In this document: in pieces, positions 55,014 to 64,000 of the stretch
How the letters are laid out: each line of letters opens with the position of its first letter
Numbering within the stretch: the first letter of the stretch is position 1
Assembly: GCF_009914755.1 (NCBI RefSeq)
Contig: NC_060929.1
Source of the DNA: the human T2T-CHM13v2.0 reference genome, Homo sapiens
Length of the DNA stretch: 64,000 nucleotides
Direction: 5' to 3' (one strand)
Made by a program: the position numbers and the translations under genes
Notes under the pieces: model-generated
Told to the model about the DNA's origin: nothing
The model's database searches: none
What the model saw: the letters and a program-made list of their open reading frames with translations, nothing else

Positions 55014-58000
55014 TTTCCTAGTCTGTGGACTTTTCCCAGCTCCAGACAGACAACCTTCTATAAACTCCAGGATGCTCCATCAATGCCGTCTGGACTCTAC
55101 AGATTTTGACCCTGAAGTAAAGTAGGAAAGGCTATGAGGACATGTTAAATGTTGTACTACCGCCTGAAGCCTTTTCTTCTTTAAATTTTTCAACAAGAGT
55201 TGAATGCACACGTGGAGCTTAATTGGACAACAACTTTTCTCCTCTTCTGTGGGATCCCGTCAGTGCTTTAAGCAATGAGAAGGCAGCTCATTTCCAAGTT
55301 TGTGTGGTAAATTTGGGGCAAGTGGGAGAAAAGAAAGAAAGGCTGAGTCTTATAGGGTGTGATTTGGTTCTAGACATGCTTATGTTACTTTTTATAAGAT
55401 TATCCATTTGACTAGATTTCTTTCCTGCTGACAAAAGAGGCAATTTCTACATATAAAATAAATCTGATTAAAACTCTTTCTCTGTTCCTGTCAAGGTAAT
55501 AGATGCAGACCCCAGGAACAGAATATATTTGGATTCCTAGTGTGTGCAAATGATTGTTTATGTGATATCTGGTGCCAAGACCCACAGACGGCTCCTGTAC
55601 TGCCCTGTAAAAATAACGGGAATGGAAAGCTTTTCCTTAGGCATAAAAAGTTAATTTTATTTCTTATTCTCTTTCACAGCGGTAACTATTACTTTGTAAT
55701 TTTCCTGGTATTTTGTTGGCAGCCAAAAATAACACAAGTAATAGTCCTTGCCTACAATATGCAGCTCCGATTCATTTTGCTTAGCTCAAGTTGCCTCCTA
55801 TAATAAAGGTGGTGGCACTAGACCTTAAGCATAGGTCTAAACTAGAGCAAATTTCTTAAGCCCGTTTTTAATCAGAAAGGCAGAACAAGTTCAAATCCTT
55901 TCCATTCCTTTATCCTAGTAGGGTTTTTAGAACACACCAAATAGCAAGAAATGAATGCAGCTTTAGTAATTAACATTGATAACTCTTCTCAGCCTCCAAC
56001 TGAGTGAACAGCCTCTTTCAGGCCAGTCAAGAACCATTCTGTATAATCCTATCTGCATGTTATCTTGACAGTGGGAGATAGTGAGTCATAGACAAAGGCC
56101 AAGGTGTTGGGCCTGAGCTAACCAAGTGCGTTGAGAATGGAGGCAGTCTCCCAGGATCTGGGACAGGTGTGAGGAGCCACCAGGAGCCAGGGACCATTAA
56201 GTGGATGGGTTAGTCAAAGCATTACTTCATAAATCCAGGCGGCCACAGAGGTCTGCGTATTTACAGACACCACTTGTCAAGAGAAGTGGCAGCCTTGAAA
56301 CCAGAAGGCACAAACACTGAAAAATCAGGTGGTTCAGGCTGCTAATGGTCCTATTAGGCAGTCACGCATCAGAGGACCCATGGTAGACAACAGAGCACCA
56401 CAAAGGCCCCATGTGGGGCATGGCTTCTATGCTAGAATCCACCTCTATGCAGACAAAGGACTATCATGTGCTTCTTCTCTTAAACAAAGAAATCCATGTG
56501 TGGCTTGTCCAGGGCATTCAGATGCAAACAAGCAACTTAGACCACCAAAAAGGGATATGGCATTGGCCAGGGATATGCATTCCTGAAAATGTAAAACATT
56601 ACTTTGTGCCTCCTTTACTTAAAGCAGTTAGTGAGTAACTAAGTTACGGAGAAGCTTAGAAACTAAAACACTCTGGCTTGCTTTGAATGTGGCCATTTTT
56701 ACAGGTAAGAAAGCTGGGACCCAGAAAAATGCACTGATTTACCCAAGGAAGCAGAGCTGGGAACAGAATACGAGGCTTCTAATCTACTGATCATTTCACT
56801 GTGTCACACTATTTAAGATGTAGAAACAGCTGAATTCATCTTGTCAACTCAGAATCCTTTAGTATCTGTGTCCAGAGGAGGATTTGCCTCCACTCTAAGG
56901 GCTTTGGGTTTGTCTGGGAAGGGCTTATTTTTCACTTGCTTTCTTAGGTAGGAAATCAGGGTGGGAGATCTCAGTCAGCATCAATGCCTTCCTTCCTGTG
57001 GATCTGGATGTCTTTTAATGCACTCATGAGCCTAGTGTGAAGCCTGGCCACAGAGATCCTGAGAATTGTACTCAAGAGAGTTTGAGCTTCAGATGTCATG
57101 GGTGCTCCCTGTTCTAGAGATAATGGTGTAAAGTGACACAGACACAGCATGTGCTGGCTGGAGGACAGATAAAAATAACAAATAGTCTTAATTGAGTACA
57201 GTGATTCAATTTTGCAAGACAGGCAGCAGCTAAAGAGATCTATTGGCACTTTATAGGTAATGTTGAGCGATAAAATAATAGTGATGATTATGCAGAGGAC
57301 GAAGAGTAGCAAAAATTGCAGTCTCTGTGTCTTGCACAGTACTTAGCCCATAATTAATATAAATTATGTATCTTAGCCGACAGTACTTAGATGCATAATT
57401 AATATTACGGAATCGGATAAACTGAACTGATGACTATGACCCATAATCCATAATCATGACCCATGACCATGACAGGGATGGTGCAAGATTAGTGTGAATT
57501 CTGTTTCAGTAGGTGAGGACTAGCACAGACTGGAGATAAAACTGTGGTTTGGCATTCTTCCATTTTTACCTTGCTCATTTTTTAAGGCAGGCAGTTTGTA
57601 CCTCATTGATTTTCACTGCTCATCAAGTCCTATTAGCCTATTCATTAGTGATGGCTTCATTCCCTTCCCACAGTCTGTCTCCTGAATGACACTTCCTTGT
57701 GTTAAGGCTGTGCTTAGCCCTAGCCATGATTGCTGGGTATCGACAGAATGTGGCATGACCAGCAGGGCCTGCTGGCTGGCAAGTAGCACCCTTCTCCAAC
57801 AACACATTGGTACCCACAGAAAGAAGGTGGCAATTTCCATTACAAGGAAGATCAGGTTGTCAACTGATATTATAGTTCCAGTCTCTCTCTCTCTCTTTCT
57901 GTCTGCCACCCACACACCTTCACACTCACTTGTCTAAATATAAATATGAACACATTATCATAACCCCAAGCCTGTTCTTGCAGCTAAATTTATTTTCTCA

Positions 58001-58319
58001 CTGGAACCACAGTTCACTTGTCAGCCAAACTAGAGGCCCAGAGTCATCTCTCTTTGTTTTGCTCTTCCCCACATCTGATCAGGCACCAAGCTCCAACCAT
58101 GCTTCCTTAGACACCACTCTTGAGACCTCCCCTTCTCTGTTTTTCCACTTCTATTGCTCTAGTATAGTTACTATATTATACTGTCATCTTTCACCTGGAC
58201 TTAAAGACTCCAGATAGTTCCATCTTTCTAATTCCTCTTCCCCAGTGCAAAGTGAGGATGCAGAGTACCTGTGGAAAGGCTAAGGGAAGACAGACTCCAG
58301 GCATGAGAGAGAGGAATAC

Positions 58320-58570
58320 CAGCAAATATGTATTGAACACTTAATGTGCCAGGGCATTGATTTACTAATATTTACATTTGTTTTTACTTAATTCTCACAA
58401 AAACCTGAATGTACATACTATAATTATCTCCATTTTATGGATAAGAGACTCAAGGCTAAGAAATTTTAAGTGATGTATAAGATCGTATATAAGGAAGTGG
58501 CAGAGCTGGACTCAAACCAGGGGTCCAGTTTGTCTAACTCTTAGGTCCGTGTCATTGTCATCACCACATT
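58320..58570 (-). mobile_element. MIR
   Basis: 'attatctccattttatggataagagactcaagg..gtggcagagctggactcaaacc'. Confidence 0.7.
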
Positions 58571-58589
58571 CTACCTTTCTAGTTGCTCT

Positions 58590-58775
58590 ATACTAGAGGT
58601 TATCACCTAAGGGGTTTGTTAAAACTGTGTTTTAACAAACACAGATTACTGGACACAACCCCCCAGAGTTTCTGATTCAAGTCTGGGATGAGGCCTGAGA
58701 ATCTGAGAAGTTGCATGTTTATCAAAGTCCCAAGAGATGATGATGCTGCTGAACCAGTGACCACACATGAAAGCC
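58590..58775. mobile_element. MER5A hAT-Charlie relic
   Basis: 'acagattactgg..cccccagagtttctgattca..gtctggg..gatgctgctg..gaccacac'. Confidence 0.8.
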
Positions 58776-58819
58776 TTCGCCCCAGCCTTTGGCATTTATT
58801 TTTGGCACTTTCTCCTCAG

Positions 58820-59058
58820 GCACAGCACAAGTGGTTCAAACTTCAGGCTTACATATCAGACCAGTTTGAGTCCTGGATCTGCTACTCAGTAGCTCTGTGT
58901 CTGTGGGCCACTTTATTTAACCGCACTAAGCCTCAGCTACCCCTTCTACAAAATGGGAATAGAACCTACCTTGCAAAGATGTTTGAGGACGGGGAATCAT
59001 GTATATAAAACTCAGAGCTCTATGATTTGCACAGATTTGAACTTAATAAATGTTAGCT
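58820..59058 (+). mobile_element. MIR
   Basis: 'tttgagtcctggatctgctact..agcctcag..aaaatgggaata..cttaataaatgttagc'. Confidence 0.75.
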
Positions 59059-59194
59059 GTTTAGGAATTTACAAGTGTAAGAATTTTATTTTTTTTATTT
59101 CATTTAACTTTTATTTCTGTTCGTTTCTCTCTGCCTTTTTTGTTTCTCTCACTGCCTCAGATGGCTTTGCATTTGATTTTCCTTACATTTGGAA

Positions 59195-60735
59195 TTTTGT
59201 TCTCCAGACCTTTGCATAGCTCACTTCTTCTCACCACTCAGGTTTCAGCTGAAATGTACCAGTTAAGGAAGGCTTTGAGCCTAGATGAGGGTACCCTTCT
59301 CCTATCCGCTACCCACGGCACTTTCTCATTGTATGCTCAGTGGGTGGATTTTTACATTGTGATCCAATTTCTGGAATAGTAATAGACATTTTCAGGTTTT
59401 CTACTTCTTCTACAATCAATTTTATGTTTTGGTTTTATAGAAAATTGTCCATTTTATCCGTTTTCAAATTTACTGTCATAAATTCATTCTGTGACATTAA
59501 CTTCTTCTTATTCTCTACGATATCAGTCTTGTACCCCTTTCACTTTCTAATATTCTTCGCACCTTCTCTCCATTTTTGTTGATCATTCCTGCCAAGGTTT
59601 GTCTATTTAATTAGGCCTTACAATGACCCACTTTCTGATATGTTTGAATTCTCTTTATTATATCCTTGTTTTTACTTATTTCTATGGTTTATTTCCTTTC
59701 TTTCTTCTTTCTGTCTTCTTCCCCTGACTTATTAAGTTGTATACTTAGGTCTTTAATTATTGATGTTTCTCCATTTATTCTATGAGCATTTAAAACTGTC
59801 AACATTCTTTGAATCTCAATCATGGTGGCATGTTTCTTATATGACTTTCAATACGTTTGAGCTACTTGAGCAAGTAAAACCTGTTGGAATTCAGAAGGCC
59901 CTCAGTTCAGACTCAGCAGAGGATTTTCTTTGGCTTTGGCCAGGTGCCCAGGCACTGCCAGACTGGGACTACTGTGTTAATTTCTCGGTTTAGGGTTTCC
60001 CAGCTCATGCAGGTGTTATAAATTTAAACCTCAAACCCACACAAGGGCAGGGCTGTGGTGATGAATTCTCGAGAGAGACAATTATTTTTTTCTTCCTCCT
60101 AGATTTAAAACAAAGAAACAGTTCTCTCGTCATCTCCTTAAAGGCAGTTTCACTGAGAGGGTAGCACTTCAGGGCCCTGAATTTATGGGACTTTCCCCTT
60201 CTCACGCTTCTCCTTACACAGGCTCCATCTTCTGCTCCATCTTCGCCTCCTCTCCTGGGTGTTGCCATTACAATTCCATATTGGTAGATGGCCTCAGCGA
60301 GATTCAGTGTGAAGTATTATTCTAAATAATTGTTTAGTTTTTATCTTTTGATTTTTAGGATTTTCCTTACTTTCTTGCTAGTTTGGCTGTGCATTCAAAA
60401 AAACTCTCTATTCTTTCTGAATTGTATGTTGGGATAGTACAAAAGAGCTTATTTTGAGACTATTTAGTCTGCCATCTTACCAGAAATTGAAGTGACTCTC
60501 ATGACTCTTTAGCACATCACTGTCTTTTATCTCCTCTATAGGCTCACTAATGCCTGAATTTATTTTACTTATTTATGAGTTCATTTTCTGTTCCTCTGTT
60601 GCCAAGTTAAAAGTAAATAACCTGATGACAGGGTCTCCATTCTGTACACTGGTATAGCCTCAGTATCTAGAAAAGCTGTTGGCGTGAAGTAAGACTCAAT
60701 CAAAATTTGTTGGTTGAACGACTGATAAATAAATC
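59195..60735. mobile_element. L2 (+) split by ancient L1M-like sequence (-, ~59340-60485)
   Basis: L2-like 'tttgcatagctcacttc..ctcaggtttcagctgaaatgt' and 'cctcagtatctagaa..ctcaatcaaaatttgttgg'; intervening T-rich L1-like 'gccaaggtttgtctattt'. Confidence 0.5.
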
Positions 60736-61660
60736 ATGGAGTATACATATGTGGACTATATCCTATGCGAACTTTAAAAGTAACTATTTATAAAATATCT
60801 CTGACACAATAAGGTAGAAAGTCAGGTTATTTAATAGCATGTGTAACATAACCTCTATTATAAAACACGTGTGTGCATATGTGTGTTTATGTTTGTATTT
60901 AAAACTATCTGGAAGAATATGCACAGAATATTAACTGTTTATCTCTGGTTAGTGAGACTTTTCATAATTTTTCTTTCATCCTAATACTTTATACTGAACA
61001 CATATTAGTATTTTTTGTAATAATTAGAGGAGGGAAAAAACATCTTATAAAGGTCTGGGATATTTGCTACCTTAATTTCAAGGTGCATATTACAAATAAA
61101 GCTTCATTTTATCTTTCTTCCTAAGGACTCAGTCATAAGTTACTTGTGTTTGTTTCTACTTTTCTTGGAAGTAAAAATAAGCCATTTTCAGGCTTCTTCT
61201 CTACTATTATTCTGCTCAGTATAGGATGGTTTTTTAAAAACAACACTAATATGTGTTAATTTATCACTACAGGCACCAGGATTATGCAAGGATCAGCTAG
61301 AACCTCTATTCTGGATTTGATACCTTTAGCAACTTTAGTTTTGTTACTTTGATGTAAGGAAAGAGAGGACACCAAAATACGTCCCACACTGGCCTGGGGA
61401 GAGGAAAGGAGTGTTAGAGATCCTTTTTCTCCTCTACCACTACAGTTTTTGTCAGCATAAATTTGGACTATGTTATATCTTTATGCTAGGTGTCACCTAT
61501 TCTTGCTTAAGGAATAGTCAGCAAGACTGTTAATTAATCCTCTTCCTTCTCAGCTGCCTGCCATTTATATCAATGATAAAGTCAGGAGCTGAGGACACAA
61601 AGGTGAGTAACAATCAGACCCTGCCCTTGCATCCCACAGTGATGTCAAAGAACATAATAA

Positions 61661-62392
<732 letters not shown>

Positions 62393-62837
62393 AGGAAACA
62401 CTTTCTAATTCCCCATCTCCAGATGGGTTGGTTCTATGCATTCACCCATTCATTCAACAGGCATTGTTTGGACTCCTATGACCCATCAACATTACTGTGC
62501 TAGACCCAGATAGACAGTGGTGAAAACAAAGCCCACATTCCATCCAAGAAAGTAACTCTCCTTCGAGTTTGCTCCAGCTCATTTTAAAACATGATCCTGA
62601 ATTCTTCTCTCCATACCTGAAGGAGAAGCAAAACTAACTCAACCCAGTTGACAATGTGTCTGCCATGCCCATCTCTAGCCTCTTTTTGAACCAACACTTT
62701 GGTTCTTCCTTGGAACCCTGACTCCCATGCATATCCCATATGTATTTGGAACTAGGATGTACACTACAAAGTATACCAGTAGAATCTGAACTATCCAGCA
62801 TTTCTCAGGCATATTTATCACATTAAACAATCAAACT

Positions 62838-63970
62838 TTTAAGACTTCATGATCAAGAACCCAAAATCAAATGCAACAAAAACGAAGATAAATAAATGGA
62901 CTTAATTAAACTAAAAAGCTTCTGCACAGCAAAAGAAATAATCAGCAGAGTTAACAGACAACCTACAGAGTGGGAGAAAATATTCACAATCTATACATCC
63001 AACAAATGACTAATATTCAGACTCTGTAAGAACTCAAACAAATCAGCAAGAAAACAAAACGATCCCATCAAAAACTGAGCTAAGGACATGAATAGACAAT
63101 TCTTAAAAGAACACATACAAAGAGCCAGCAAACATATAGAAAAATGGTCAGCATCACTAATTATCAGGGAAATGCAAATCAAAACCACAATGCAATACCA
63201 CATCACTCCTACAAGAATGGCCATAATAAAAAAATTAAAAAATAATAGATCTTGGCAGGGATGCAGTGAAAAGGGAACACTTTCACACTGTTGGTGGGGA
63301 TGTAAACTAGTACAAACACTATGGAAAACAGTGTGGAGATTCCTCAAAGAACTAAAAGTAGATCTACTGTTTGATCCAGCAATCCCACTACTAGGTATCT
63401 ACCCAGAGGAAAAAAAAGTCATTATATGAAAAAGATACTTGCACGTGCATGTTTATAGCAGCACAATTTGCAATTGCAAAACTATGGAACTAGCCCAAAT
63501 GCCCATCAATCAACAAGTGGATAAAGAAAATATTATATGATATATATATATATACACACACACATGCATACACACACCATGGAATACTACTCAGCCATTA
63601 AAAGGAACAAAATAAGGGCATTCACTGCAACCTGGATGGAACTGGAGACTATTATTCTAAGTGAAGTAACTCAGGAATAAAAAACCAAACATTGTATTTA
63701 TTCATTCATACCTTGGAGCTAAGCTATGAAGACGCAAAGGTATAAAAATCATACATTGGACTTTGGGGACTAGGGAGAAAGTGTGGGTGTTGGCGAGGGA
63801 TAAAAGACTACACATTGGGCATAGTGTACACTGCTAGGGTGATGGGTGCACCAAAATCTCAGAAATCACCGCCAAAGAACTTATTCATGTAACCAAATAT
63901 CACCTGTTCCCCAAAAGCCTATTGAAATAAAAAATAAAAAATTAATAAAACAAGTAAATAAATAAAAATA
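62838..63970 (+). mobile_element. 5'-truncated L1PB 3' end
   Basis: ORF2 C-terminal remnant 63088-63429; 'gggtgatgggtgcaccaaaatctcagaaatcacc'; A-rich tail. Confidence 0.92.
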
Positions 63971-64000
63971 AATTCTAAAGGCCATTTCTTTGAATTCTGG

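Overview
Human (or very closely related primate) non-coding genomic DNA, intergenic or deep intronic. I find no host protein-coding exon, RNA gene or CRISPR array. Almost all long ORFs are decayed LINE-1 ORF1/ORF2 fragments or Alu/LTR read-through. The left 37 kb is dominated by L1: a near full-length L1PB-type element, a full-length L1PA4/5-type element, and a deeply nested cluster. In that cluster an old L1M holds an MLT1 LTR, which holds an L1MA and a truncated L1PA, and the L1PA holds an AluYa5 and a full-length L1PA3-type element. The right 27 kb is mostly ancient L2/MIR/DNA-transposon relics, solo LTRs (THE1, MER4, MLT2) and unique AT-rich sequence. I see no evidence of a new biological system. 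The best second-look items are: a ~200-bp piece of local DNA copied into an L2 element; an open 148-codon L1 ORF0; shared non-consensus variants between two neighbouring L1s (possible gene conversion); a young 5'-truncated AluYa5; and several template-switch micro-palindromes. Subfamily calls come from remembered consensus sequences and need Dfam/RepeatMasker confirmation. Boundaries of ancient repeats are approximate.
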